From positions 682,001-746,000 of the forward strand of contig NC_043021.1 of NCBI RefSeq assembly GCF_006345805.1: a stretch of 64,000 bases of DNA, written 5' to 3'. Below, piece by piece: positions 27,941 to 40,247 of this stretch (the first letter of the stretch is position 1; the number at the start of each line of letters is the position of its first letter). Both the position numbers and the translations under genes were made by a program. Under the pieces are notes generated by a model. The model had not been told where the DNA came from and made no database searches. It saw nothing but the letters and a program-made list of their open reading frames with translations. The stretch comes from Octopus sinensis (Eukaryota).

Positions 27941-30900
27941 CAAGATGATTACGAACTGTAGGAGAAAAAGAAAATATGAGTTATTCCATAAATACAAGAG
28001 GGACATCACTTACTGTTGAGTGTGATGTCACTGTCATCTCAACATGAAAGTTTATCAATTTAAAAAGGAATAAAAACGACCACAATTGGATAGAATCCCA
28101 GTCTGTTGACAGAAACAAAGGACTAAGGAGAACACATTGGGTAGGAGGAACATGCAACAGGGTAAGAGATAGGGTCCTGGTGAGGTGGTGATTGGTGGAG
28201 ATAGGGAGATGTAATATTGGGTAGTGTTTGGGAGAAGAATAGGGAGTCATTTAATACCACCACCACCACCAGCAAATATTAAGGCTCAGTGACATTGACT
28301 ACTATCACACACTATTAGGATCCAGACACAGACCACCACTCAAGATTTGGGTCCACTGGCACAGATTACTACAACACAACATTAGGGTCCATCACCACCA
28401 GACAATATAAAAGTTCACTGACAGGCCTTCATCACAACATTGAGATTCAGACAGTCCCACTAACAAAAAACAATATTAGGGTCCACACTAATTACCCAAC
28501 ACAATATTAGGGACTATTAAAACAGATTATAATCACACAATATTAGGGTACACTGACTGGACACCACAACAAATATTAGGGTTCAGACAGATTACCAACC
28601 CCATACATTAGGGTTCACTGGACAGATCATCACTACCAAAATCCTCCAGTAAACAGAAAGTGTCATCATCCAAATTTAGGGTCCACAAGATGATTACCAC
28701 TCCCATGTGAATGGAGGCCGACAGCTCTATAAAGAAGTGCCATTCACTCAAAATGGATGGAACTCGCGGAAGAAGGAGACTCAGGAAAACAAAGGATGAA
28801 AGACAACCTCGGAATGCTGAAGGTTTTGGATGAGATGACAAAGGACTGAGATAGTCGATACCTTTGCTGTACTCAAGAAGACTTGTCCTTCACAGCAAAA
28901 GTGTTAAGGCAGCATCTTCCGGTGAAGGGGATTGGCCTGTGAGAGGCCCGTGCCGATGCCACATAGAAAGCACTTGTGCTGGTTCCATGTAAAAGCACTC
29001 AATGCACACTGTAAAGTGGTTGGCATGAGCAAGGGCATCCAGCCTGCCAGCTGTGGTCAAACCTTTCAACCCCTGCCAGCATGGGAAATGAACGTTAAAG
29101 GATGATGACGAAACATTAAGGTCTTCTGACACAGAGCAACCCTACACAATATTAAATATCAAGGTCCACAGACAAACCAGCCCCACAAACATCAGTTCCT
29201 CACAATATTAGGGTCTACAGGCCAACAGCCAGACACAATAGTTGGGCCCATAAATAGGGCCCACAGACCAGCCACCACCACCACCATCACCTGGTATTTG
29301 GGTCCATTTATAAATTATCACTGCTATCATACAACATAAGGGCTCACTAGCAGACTAACACCAAAATAGTAGGGTCCAATGACAGATCATGATCATGACA
29401 ATATTAGGGCCTAATAACTACCATCACATATTAGGGTCCAGAGACCAAAAGGGTCTATACACAGACCATCACTCTCACATAATACTTGAGTCCACACATC
29501 ACCAACATAGGGCTCTCTGACACATTCCACCATCACAGAATAATTGGGTTCACAGACACACCACCACCACCACCACTGACATAGACCACCATGCCATATA
29601 AAAAGAGAACAAAGCAGAAATATTTTAAAACTCTACCTGCTGCTGGTCTGGTTTCCTGGTTGGTGAGCACTAATACAAGAGTTCAAGATCCTCATTAGAT
29701 ATGGAAAAGCTTACGGTTCTACTCACGACACTTATGAAACAACATACACAGGTACACAATACTCAGTAGTCAAGGCATTTAATACAAATGGCCATGTGAT
29801 ATATATGTAGAAGGAGACCAGGGCTGTGTGTGTGATGGACTTCCTCAGCACTTTGTCAAACAACCTGCACAAATGTTTATAGTGATTGAATGCATGTGGC
29901 TCCATCAAATTGACGTTGCCCGAACAGATGCATGGTGTGCCACATGTCAAAAATGACCACAGAGCAACATGTGGTGAAGCATTTTGTTCAAAAAGATAAC
30001 GCACCACCGGGTCTAGGAATTGAAACCAATATCTTGTGATTGTGAGTGCAACACCCTAACCACTACATATGTATGAATTAATCCTTTTGATAGCCGCCCA
30101 CCTGAGACAGCCTCTGGTTCTTTGAGCCAGGCTCTTTTGAAGTGATCCAAATTAAAACCTTCCATCAAGATTTCAGGCTGATTAATGTTCCAATCACCAG
30201 ATTAATAAGGACAAAGTTATTTTACTAAATTCTTTGATATTTTAAGAATTAATTGAAACAAAGGCAGTGTATTTGCAACCAAACAATGGTAACAAAATGG
30301 TTAATGGTATTCAGAAAGATCTACAGATGAACTACAGAAATAACAGACACTGGTTCATCAAAAGATATTCATTAAGCGTTTGCCATTCAGGTTATCTTAT
30401 CAAATGCAATGCTTCTTCATTTGCATCGTTTTCAATTAATCATGTATTTTGAGATTTTGATGTTGTAATTGCTTATTTATAGAGTAGATGACAGAGGCCA
30501 GATCAGGTCAGTTTGAACATGGAAATGCTGGTTTGTCAGGGCCGTCTGCTGTTACTCGGGGTTTCCCCTATGATGTAGCTTCAAACATATTCGGTGCTGG
30601 ACTGCTGACTGCATGGTCATAAGTTCACATCTAATTACAGTCCGTGTATAATATGTCCCTTGCAGAGGACAAAGGACTCGGCCTTGGTCAAGTAGAAAAG
30701 TCTGAGGAAATGAGACATCGGCATGGCTGTGTGGTAAGAAGCTTGCTTCCCAACCACATGGTCCCAGGTTCAGTCCCACTGCATGGTACTTTGGGCAAGT
30801 GTCTTCTACTATATCTGCAGGCTGACCAAAGCCTTATGAGTGGATTTGGTCAAGAGAAACTTGACCAAAGTCTGTTGTATGTATATATACACATATATAT

Positions 30901-33900
30901 TTATATGTGTATATACCTATGTGTGTGCGTTTGTCCACCCACCACTGCTTGACAACAGGTGCTGGTGTGGTTATGTCCCTGTAACTTAGTGGTTCAGCAA
31001 AAGAGACTGGCAGAATAAGTACCGGGGTTGAAACATTCGACTAAAGAATTTTCAAGGCAGTGCCCCAGCATGGTCGCAGCCTAATGACTGAAGTTAAAAG
31101 ATGAAAGAGAACAATCATATGTGAGAGCCAGAAGTTGGAGAGTCACTTCATACCAGTCAGTCTTTCTCTAGATAGAGTCACCGATGCCTGGGTGGGTAGC
31201 AGCCAGCAGCACTGTCATCATTGTGGGTCTTAACTGGAATATTTTCAGGTTCTCAAAGAGATGGTCAGCCTTTGTGACAGAGTCAGGGAAAACTAACCTG
31301 GACCTCTGATGCCTTAATCCATACATTACCTGGAGATTTTAAGAGAAATATTAGTTTCAATTTCTGGCACAATGCCAGCAATGTCAGGGAGGTGGGGAAT
31401 GAGTCACTTATATCGACCCCAGTGTCCAACAAGTACTTATTTTATCAACCCCAAAAGGATGAAAAGCAAAGTCAACCTCAGCGGAATTTGAAATTAGAAT
31501 GTAAAGACGGATGAAAAGCCGCTAAGCATTTTGTCTGGCGTGCTAACGATTCTGTCAGCTCACCACTTTGATTTTAAGAGAAATCTTGAAAATAATTTGG
31601 AAAACAAGAGAATAGGATATTAACTGCTTTGAGGCAGAAATAGAATGAAAAAGAAATTATACATCCATTCATACACACACACACACACACACACATGGAG
31701 AGAAAGAGATTTATCTGTCTTTTCTACTTACCCAACAAACTCCCTCTGGCTTGTGTAACTGGTACCAAGTTTACTGAAGGAAACCAACTTGAGGTCAATC
31801 TCATTTTCTAATTGACGGGCCTGCCGCCTCAGATCTGAAATATTGCATACATCATCATTACATAAAACGATACCAATGTTATCGTCACCATCACAACATT
31901 ATCATCATCATTCCAAATAATGCTACCAACATTATCACGACTGCTGCATACATTATTAACAATTTTACCAACATTATCAACGACATCCACATGCATTATC
32001 ACCAGGGGGATCAACACTATAACAGTAGGGTGTTGGCCATTAGTCAATAGAGGGAAGTACAGGATAGTGAGTATTACCTCCCACCTTGTAACGATACAGG
32101 TGGTGGTGGTGGTGGGGGAGATGATAATTAGGGGTCATGTAGTGTTAAAAAAGCACGAGAATGGAGACTCTCTGTGGATTTTGATGTGTGTGTGTGTGCG
32201 CACCGATGTGTTTACAAGGACAGTTCTGAGTTTTGTACAAGAGTGGGATATTGGGGTGTGTGTGTGTGTGACGATGGGACTTTGATGTGTGCAGGGAATG
32301 GTGTTGGTTGTGGTGTAGCAGGGAACATTGCTATGTGTGTGTGTGTGTGAAGAGAATGCTTGTTGGGTGTGGCACGTGTGAGTGTGAGTGTGCATGCATG
32401 TGTGTCAATACTAGGGACGTGTATGTGTGTGTGTGTGTTTTGGGTCGGTACTGAGCCTGGTATTCTACAAGGGGAGACATTGAGATTGAGAAAGAGAGGG
32501 CCTTACCAGAGAGACCCGCCTCACAAATCTCCACTGTGTCTTTGTTCCCATCCATCCCAATCACAGTTGAAGCCAGCCTAGATTTTTACCAAAGACTACT
32601 TCAAAATGGAACAGTCTGCAATATTGGAAAAAAAAAATGCAAAAAATATAAATGAAAGAGGAAATAAATAAAAAAAAAAGTAGTCCTCTTCCTCCTCCTC
32701 ATCATTACCATAAAACCCAAGATTCCTTAAAGTGACACATCTGGGAGGGGGTGGGGGTGGAGATTTATAGTTGATTTAACACCCCCAGTATTTGACTGGT
32801 ACACATTTTATCAATCCCCAGAAGGATGAAAGCAAAGCTGACTTTTGTAGGACTTGAACTCAGAACAAGATTTAACACAGCTCCATACTGTGCCTGCCCC
32901 CCCCCCACCCCTATCTATGGTATCATCATCATAATTATCAGCATTATTACAATAGAATCATGTGGTGATAGGGGAGGGGTAGAGTGGGTGGGTCTTCTAT
33001 TAAAAAAAAAAAGGGGGTAGTTTAAGTCAAGGTGAGACTTCAAAGATCCTAGGGTCCCACACTTTATTTCAGATTACAGCCTCCCTCCCTCATCACCTTA
33101 CTTACCTTATAAGGTATGGATGCGGCCAACAAAACAGGTGAGGGAAGAGCCATTAGTGCCTAGTGTTTGACCGAGTGAATTACTGGTACTTATTAGATAA
33201 CTGAAAGAGGGGGAGGAGGGAGTTTGTGAGGTCAACACGGGCAAGAATTGAAAGCAGAACCATAAAATTAGCAGACAATGTCTAATAGTTGAATGGTTCA
33301 GGTTGTTTCTGGACTAACTTTCAGTGTGTCATCAGCAGATGTGAAACACCAGACAAGGGATCAAATTTTGGATCGGATTAAGGAGGCATGGGTGTAGCCA
33401 AGGGATGGCAGTGTAGAGAGGGGTGGTGGTGGTGTATTGTGTCCAGTTGGTTGACAGAAATGGTGGACATGGTCTCAACAAACATTTAGGGTGGGGTTTA
33501 CTAATGAGCCCAAGTCCTCCCCACTTCTCATCTTGATAAATCTTTGGAAGCCAAGGGAGCCTCTCTATAGTCACTCGACTTGCTAGAAATAACAGCCAAA
33601 TAGCTCTCAAAGCACATGCTATTGATTTATTGGCAGATCACACTGTATAATGTAGTCTTGGATAATCAAAAATACAGGATGGTCATGGCTAGAATGCTGC
33701 TGATCATTTACTTCCACCCAGGATTAACCCAGGGACACACAAAACCACTTATACTACCAATCATCCAAATACCTCAGAAATCTGGGTGAGCTTCAGCAGG
33801 ATCAAGTTGCACTTTGGTCAGAGAAGGACAGGGCTGGGAAAGGCAATGGATGATTGCCCTTCCTTCATAGGTGTATGGAGTGGGTGGAGCAGGGTTACAT

Positions 33901-35137
33901 TAGCACATCATATCATTAACATGTGAGTGTGGGGGGGAGGGGTTAGAGATTTCTGTGGATGTTTGTACAATGTTTAATGTGAAACAGGTACAAAGACAGG
34001 ACGGACAGACAGACACCTCACGTCACCTGAACAGTTTATATTTAACATTAAAAAAAAAAAACTGACAGGAAACTAAAAACATTGACTATTAAAATAATTA
34101 ACATGTTGGTCTATAATTATTTCCTGCCATAATAAATATGACATGAAAATGATTGGTGGGTGAGTGGGGAGGGACCAGACGGATTTTAAAAAATAGCAAC
34201 GGAGACCCTAAATATTTTACAACTGTAAGGTAGCAGGGTACTTCCATCTCCACTGTCAGCAGTTGACCCTGTTGTAAGCTTTAAGACACAACATCAGCTG
34301 CAACCTTACTAAAATGCAACGGGGGGGGGGATCCTGCAACTCAAAAGTTTGGGGTAAAAATACCCTCTGCTGACTAACATTAAAAGAAAATCACAGTCGC
34401 TATGGTAACATGCAGCTGTCTACAGAAGCTCCTTTAAGAACGAGCAACAGCATTCCATATACATGGCCACACAGACACATATAGAAACACAATATATATA
34501 GGTGCAGGCATGGCTGTGTGGCAAGAAGCTTGCTTCCCAACCACATGGTTCGAGGTTCAGTCCCACTGTGTGGCACCTTGGACAAGTGTCTTCTATAGCT
34601 GCAGACAGACCAAAGCATTGTGAGTGGATTTGGTAGACAGAAACCGAAAGAAGCCCATTGTATGTGTGTGTGTGTATATATAAATATATATAAATATATA
34701 TATATATATGATGATGATGACATCTAATGTTGGATAAAAATCTTGAAAAAAATTCAATCAATGGCCAGCATATTAAAAAATACCTTTAAAGGTTAAATTT
34801 ATAAACAACTTATTTTGCCCTTGTTTATAAGTTGTTTATATATATATATGTGTGTGTGTGTATATATAGGGAGAGTTTACAAAAAAAAACAAAAGACGAA
34901 GACAGGTGGTGTACAAAGCAAACAGATGTATTAGTATAACGCTCAGGAATAGAAAAAGTCTTTTACGTTTCGAGCCTACGCTCTTCTACAGAAAGGGACA
35001 CAGAAAATACAAGGAGAGAAAAAGATGTGTGTAGTGGCTAACGATCTATCATGGCGACTGCCAGACAGAAGGGTCACACACGAGAGGGAAGAAGTAGGAG
35101 AGATAACAAAGTAAAGATGACCCCCAACACGTATATG

Positions 35138-35177
<40 letters not shown>

Positions 35178-38100
35178 GTGTTCATTAAAGATTTCTCTTG
35201 ACCCACTTGCCGGGACTGGAACAAATGAAGCTTGGCATAATGATTATTCCTTCTCTAGATGGCCACCACCACTGATGACACACTTCTCCCATCGCTTTAT
35301 GCAGCTGAGAAGACCTTATCTGTAGAGGTCGGTAGGTTGCGTCTGGAGTCAAGACTTCACCTCAGAAATAAGTTCATCATTTATCCGAAGAGTGCTTTCT
35401 CTTCAAAAAAGACTTCATGGTTGGAAAGAGGTGGAAGTCAGATGGTGCGAGGCTAGGAGAGTAAGGGGAATGAAGAAGGATTTCCAAGCCGCAGGAGCGT
35501 GCTTTCATCTGCGCAACATGTGCATTGTGAACTAGGGTGTTGTCTTGAAGGAGGTGGGCTCCTTTGGTCAGCATGCCATGCCTCTCTGCTTATTGATGTC
35601 TTGCAATTTCTGCAGCAGAGAAGCATAATATGCCCCGTTAATTGTGGTGTCCTTTGCCAGAAAATCCATCACTAATCCACGCTGGTTCCAAAAGACTGTG
35701 AGCATCATCTTGCTTGCTGAGGGTTGGACATGAGCCTTCTTTGTTGATGGTGAGTTTTCACGCTTTCATTGCTTTAGTCTCAGGATCACGGTGATGGACC
35801 CATGTTTCATCATTTGCGATAAGTCTGCTGAAAAAAGTCCTCTTCATTTTCTTGGCACATTGTCAAAAGAGCCTAGGAACAATTGATCCTTCCTGCTTTT
35901 GAAAAGGTGCGAGCATCCTGGGAATCCATTATGCAGACAACTTCCACGTGTGCAAATGGTCGTAAAAGATTTTCTCCATGGGCGCTACCCTTATCTTCCC
36001 TTCTTTCATGAAACATGCGTCGTCTTATAAATGGAAAATGCAGGATTCAGAATGAATATAGTTAATAAAAGATTTAATTTTTAACATTTTATGGAGTGGT
36101 CAGGTATAAAACCTCTCAGTGTTGATTGAGTTGAAGGTAGTTCTGTCTCTAAAATTACTTATATATATGTGTGTGTGTATGTGTAAATAAATGTTTGTTT
36201 TTATGTTCAGCTATAATAACAACAATTTTACATTAATCTGACAGGTTAATCCATCCTTTTTAGAATACAAATTTACTATTCTCAAACAAGTACATTATTG
36301 ACAGTGACTTGGACATGTCGGCCAGTTCAGCCATCATCAGACGGTCTTCCTATGTATCTCTCTCTCTCTCTCTTTCTACCTGTATATCTTATCAAAGGCT
36401 ATGGTAACACCTCTAGGACTTGTATGACAAAAAAATGCACCCAGTACACTCTGTGAAATGGTTGGTGTCAGTGAAGGGCGTCTAGTTGTGGGAACCATGT
36501 CAAAAAATGGAACAGCCAAGTGGGGTATGGTCCCCAACACATCTCAGAGGACAGCAGATCTAAATAAAATTGATATGGACTGTGATGACCTGTCCAACCC
36601 ATGCCAACATGGAGAAGCAGACATAAAACAATAATGATGGCTTATACACACACACACACACATGTATTCAATGTATCAAAAAGTTCCCAGACTAGTTCCG
36701 TAGTGCGCCAACAGATAGCAGCACATGGTTGCATGCAAAATGAGTGGCAGGAGTGACCTTCATGCGGTGGAGTGTCAAGTGACATGGCTGTGTTTACTTT
36801 GCAAATTGTGAAATTTGTGTTTTTGTGATCACATGGATGCTGTAGACATGGCTCCCACAACCAGACGCCCTTTCACAGAGTGTACTGGGTGCACTTTTTT
36901 GTAATACAAGTCCTAGAGGTGTTACCATAGCCTTTGATAAGATATACAGGTAGAAAGAGAGAGAGAGAGAGAGATACATAGGAAGACTGTCTGATGATGG
37001 CGTAATTGGCTGACATGTCCAAGTCAATGTCACTAATATTCTTGTTTGAGAATAGTAAATTTGTATTCTAAAAAGGATGGATTAACCCGTCAGATTAATG
37101 TCATGGAAATGAAGTTGGAACAAAAAGACAATGTGAAATTTTGCGTTAAACTTGAGAAGTCTGCTAGAGACATTGAGCATGCTTTGGCAATGGGTCATAT
37201 GCAATGTTTTTGAGTAGCACAGGCACTTCAAAGTGGAAGAATGCGCCTTGAAGACAATGAGCAATGTGGAAGCCCAATCACGAGCATCACCCAGGAAATG
37301 TGGAGAAAATGCATCAGCTTTTGCGCAATGGGGATTGTTAGGGGACAACCAATAATGTTTTGAAGAATTTGAGGGAGGAGGAGGACATTCAGTGAAAGCG
37401 ACCGGATCTGTGGAGCATAAAGAACTGGAGTCTTCACAACGACAATGCACCCTGTCACTGAACTCTCTTCACTCAGGGGTTTCTCACCAAAAACAACATG
37501 TTATCGCTTCCGCACTCACCCTGTTGGCAAGATTTAGCACCAGCAGACTTCCAAAGATGAAAATGTAGTTCAAAGATTTCCGTTTTAACACCGTTGTCAA
37601 GATCATGAATGAATTACAGAGGGTCCTTGACTCACTTACAGAAAGCAACTTCCAGGTCAAATTCCAAAAGTGGCAGGAACACCAGGACTGGTGTACTGCT
37701 GGGCAAGGGGACTATTTTGAAGGGGATGATGTTAAAATTTAGGTAAATAAGATACTTTTTATTAAACATAACTATTTTGGGAACTTTTTGATACCACTTT
37801 GTACACATGTATAAAGTACATCAGCAGTAGCAACAGTTCTATGATAGGGATCACTGTACAAGTCTATACACTCAACCCTAACAAAGTAGGGGCCACACCT
37901 GCCCAAAAAGTTCCTTATAGATATTCAAGATAACGTACAAATGGATTGCATACACAATAATCACATAACCTACTTAATGTAACAGCTAAGCCCCACTGAA
38001 AACCTTCCTACCAGGAATGAACCAGGGAGCCTCTCACGGGGACGGTTGATATCTTAACAACAGTAACCGACTGTCCTTCAAATCACACCCTAATCATAGT

Positions 38101-39607
38101 GAATAGTACGGTTCGAAAATAAAAACAACAAAGAGTGGGGATGGTCAGCTGGACTCTCATGTGGGCCTCCTCAATCAGGCATAACTTGGGAGCTAAACAA
38201 TCTCACCACTCTCTTTAAAAGGCGACTCAGGGACCACAGATGAGCATTGAATAAGGGTGTGGTGCGGGTGTTTCACAAGCTGTGTAGCATGGAGGTGGTG
38301 TGACTTCCAGAGGAAAATACCATCAATCTCGCTGGTCCCACATGACCTGCACAGATCATGGGCATTGACCCTACCTTCAGACCAAGCACATAAATATAAG
38401 GCGACCTTTCGAATTTAGAACATAGAAAGACACTTATACATGTACAGACGGACAAAGTGAAATAAAACTGCACGATTATAAATACATTTATTAATGGTGA
38501 AGGCCGGTTTATAGGGTTACCCCGGGTTTCTCGCCATAGAGGGTACCCTCATTGGCGGGCCTACGGCTTCTTTAAAATATATATATATATATGTGTGTGT
38601 GTGTGGTGTGTGTCATTTTTGATCTGCGTAGTTCTGCTTATGAACAAAGATGTTTGTATGTTTTTTCCGGAAATGTATAAAACTGCCAACCAGACATAAG
38701 CTTGGATCAATTCAAGACTCCGTTCTTGTCACAAAATAAGGTACCAAAGCCAAGGGCTAAACCACAAGTGCTGCGAATTCGCCCTCATATCCTACAGTTG
38801 TGTCAAATAACACTTTCCTCCCTTCACACTTAACTTAACCTAAAAACCTCATTAAGCCCTTGTGGCCAATAAACGAACGAATTATTATTATTATTATTAT
38901 AAGGAGTATAGGAGCTGGACTAGACATTTCTTTGCAGTATTTTGCTGCCAGTGGGTAACGTTCGAAGCCTTACACGGGTCAACAGTGAGGTTCAGCTCTT
39001 GGAAATAGAATATTGTTGGAAGTCGATACATATTGACTGATCAGATCACATTTGTTACAGCTGGGCTTTTGACAAGATTGAAATATCAACGTGTTTACAT
39101 ATGTGTGTGTGTGTGTGGTTGTGTGTGTGTGTGTATGTGTGTGTGGTTGTGTAGGGATATATGAAGGAAGTGAAAGAAATCAAAAACACAAATTACAATA
39201 AATAAATAATTATGTAATTATCGATAGGCGTGTTTGTTTATATATGTATATATATATGTGTATATATGGTATGATTTGTGGTGTCGTATATACAGCATAA
39301 AGCGTGTATAAGTGTGTGTGTGTGTCTATAGTTAATAGAGTGATATATAAAAAGGCGAAGGGATCAGACGATTTATTTTGTTGGGGCAGAAACAAACAAA
39401 ACGAGGCACGAAAGGAAAATAGTAAAGTTTTTCCCCCGTCAAAACAATTAATAGCCGTCAAAGCATCGTAAACTATCTTCTTGGCCCATCATGCCAGGCC
39501 ACGGTGTGGTTTATGTGAAGTGAGAAGGGATCAAAAAAGCAGAGAATGAAAGGAAAATGAATGAAAGACGGAGACGAACCTTCCCAGCGATTTCCCATCT
39601 CAGCCAT
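22786..39607 (-). CDS. GOSR1: Golgi SNAP receptor complex member 1 (GS28), spliced gene span, 8 coding exons, 729 nt, 242 aa
   Basis: Hand-spliced exons give one open frame: MAEMGNRWEDLRRQARQLENEIDLKLVSFSKLGTSY...SDTVPLLN...HMFETMTMELEQLMAKLTEVNDLLAEY...LLHTLQRHRDILQNYSREFQKTKANI...RTDLYLKEHEHIRNSERLVDEQISVAMATKENL...NRFPAINSLMQRVNIRKRRDSIILASVISGCIILMILYALH*. All introns are GT-AG with compatible phases; hydrophobic C-terminal tail anchor; recognisable similarity to vertebrate GOSR1. Confidence 0.97.
23954..24036 (-). CDS. GOSR1: GOSR1 coding exon 7 (VAMATKENLYVQKNMLMSITQTMNSFAN)
   Basis: Acceptor tttacag, donor gtatcc, 83 nt. Confidence 0.95.
24150..24179 (-). CDS. GOSR1: GOSR1 coding exon 6, 30-nt micro-exon (SERLVDEQIS)
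   Basis: Acceptor tttttcag, donor gtgaga; matches the vertebrate SDRLIEETIS segment. Confidence 0.93.
24632..24703 (-). CDS. GOSR1: GOSR1 coding exon 5 (AYKNSSGLNRRTDLYLKEHEHIRN)
   Basis: Acceptor atttcag, donor gtaaga, 72 nt, phase 2-2. Confidence 0.95.
25662..25861 (-). CDS. GOSR1: GOSR1 coding exon 4 (LTEVNDLLAEY...LLGSVHRDIN)
   Basis: Acceptor cttttgcag, donor gtaagt, 200 nt; overlaps supplied ORF 25658..25888. Confidence 0.97.
26234..26321 (-). CDS. GOSR1: GOSR1 coding exon 3 (SDTVPLLNKTNSDHMFETMTMELEQLMAK)
   Basis: Acceptor ctcctcag, donor gtcagt, 88 nt. Confidence 0.96.
27183..27690. mobile_element. Mariner 3' end with an inverted partial duplicate, in GOSR1 intron 2
   Basis: DLPPSDYHLFGPMK...KKWLKEQSTEFY on minus; KKWLKEQSTEFY...NGDYVE on plus followed by TIR-like cattactttttgactcagcctcgta at about 27667-27690. 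Confidence 0.85.
28230..29600. repeat. Degenerate minisatellite (core ACAATATTAGGGTCCAC...ACCACC), interrupted by a family B repeat
   Basis: More than a dozen recurrences of TAGGGTC/TTAGGG with about 30-60 bp spacing. Confidence 0.75.
30082..30300. mobile_element. piggyBac-like MITE with TTAA flanks
   Basis: TTAA at 30078 and 30301; imperfect termini TCCTTTTGATA / TAACAAAATGG. Confidence 0.55.
30720..31109 (+). mobile_element. SINE family A copy in GOSR1 intron 2
   Basis: Aligns by eye to 3864-4262. Confidence 0.82.
31732..31834 (-). CDS. GOSR1: GOSR1 coding exon 2 (DLRRQARQLENEIDLKLVSFSKLGTSYTSQREFVG)
   Basis: Acceptor tttcag, donor gtaagt, 103 nt, phase 1 to 2. Confidence 0.96.
35170..35990 (-). 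mobile_element. Mariner transposon remnant next to a (TA)n run, in GOSR1 intron 1
   Basis: Motifs WIPRML, NDETWVH, KMMLTVFWN, LLQDN, HSPYSPSLAPSDFHLF; TIR-like TATGAGAGGTGTTCATTAAAG at 35170. Confidence 0.88.
36230..37101. repeat. Inverted duplication, arms 36230-36501 and 36845-37101
   Basis: Arms align by eye at roughly 90% with one 17-nt indel; 343-nt spacer. Confidence 0.93.
36663..37803 (+). mobile_element. Internally deleted mariner element with both TIRs, in GOSR1 intron 1
   Basis: Left GTATCAAAAAGTTCCCA.A.TAGTT near 36670 matches the reverse complement near 37770-37803; decayed MEMKLEQKDNVKFCVKL, LHNDNAPCH, HSPCWQDLAPADF. Confidence 0.82.
39580..39607 (-). CDS. GOSR1: GOSR1 coding exon 1 (MAEMGNRWE-)
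   Basis: ATG at 39607, donor GTTCGT at 39579, phase 1; joins exon 2 to give WED-LRRQARQLE. Confidence 0.88.
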
Positions 39608-39809
39608 TACGCCTGGTAGCTGAGCATCATGGGAAGCCAGCTTTAACAAACTATTGCAACGGGGGTCTTTTTTATTTTATTTTAGTTTATTTCAGTTTAA
39701 CTGTTATGATTTAGTGTGTGTAGATAGGTAAATAGCAGGAAATGGTGACATTTTAAACTTTTAATTAATTTTCGGAGGATTTACTGATCGTTCTCGCTTT
39801 CTAACGTAA

Positions 39810-39851
39810 TGACGTGTACAAGACGAGCCAGCTGGAAGGCGGTGACGTCAC
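39810..39851. promoter_or_regulatory. CRE/ATF-type sites upstream of GOSR1
   Basis: Palindrome GTGACGTCAC 39842-51 and TGACGTG 39810-16, about 200-240 bp upstream of the GOSR1 ATG in a CpG-enriched patch. Confidence 0.45.
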
Positions 39852-39959
39852 ACAGCACCAGGACTCGGTGGCTGACGGGATTGATCGCTTTATTACCTGT
39901 CGACTTCCTCTCTTTAATCTATTCCTCTCTCCGTCTGCCTGTCCATGGGCCTATCTATC

Positions 39960-40247
39960 TGTGTTAACATGTGACATTACTGGCCGAGGTTACCGTGGTC
40001 TTTTCCGTAGGCTTTTCTTTCCCCGGATAAACCCTATCTGCTTCCCCCTTTACACTTTACATCATGACATTTCTGTGATATACGATCCTTATTGATCGTT
40101 TTTTTCTTTTTCTTTTCTTTTCCTTCCTTTTTTTTCTCTCCTTTTTGATCGAAAACTTACCCCACTTTTTTTTCTCCCCATAAAGAAACACTCTACTTTG
40201 TAATCTGTCCCGTCTGTGTGCAGCCCTGTGTGGCTAATAAAGAAACA
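39960..40247 (+). repeat. ~290 bp dispersed repeat, copy 1 (TG...CA ends, AATAAA near end; possible solo LTR)
   Basis: Reverse complement of 49053-49356; flanked by TATC/TATC, but inside a TATC-rich context. Confidence 0.75.
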
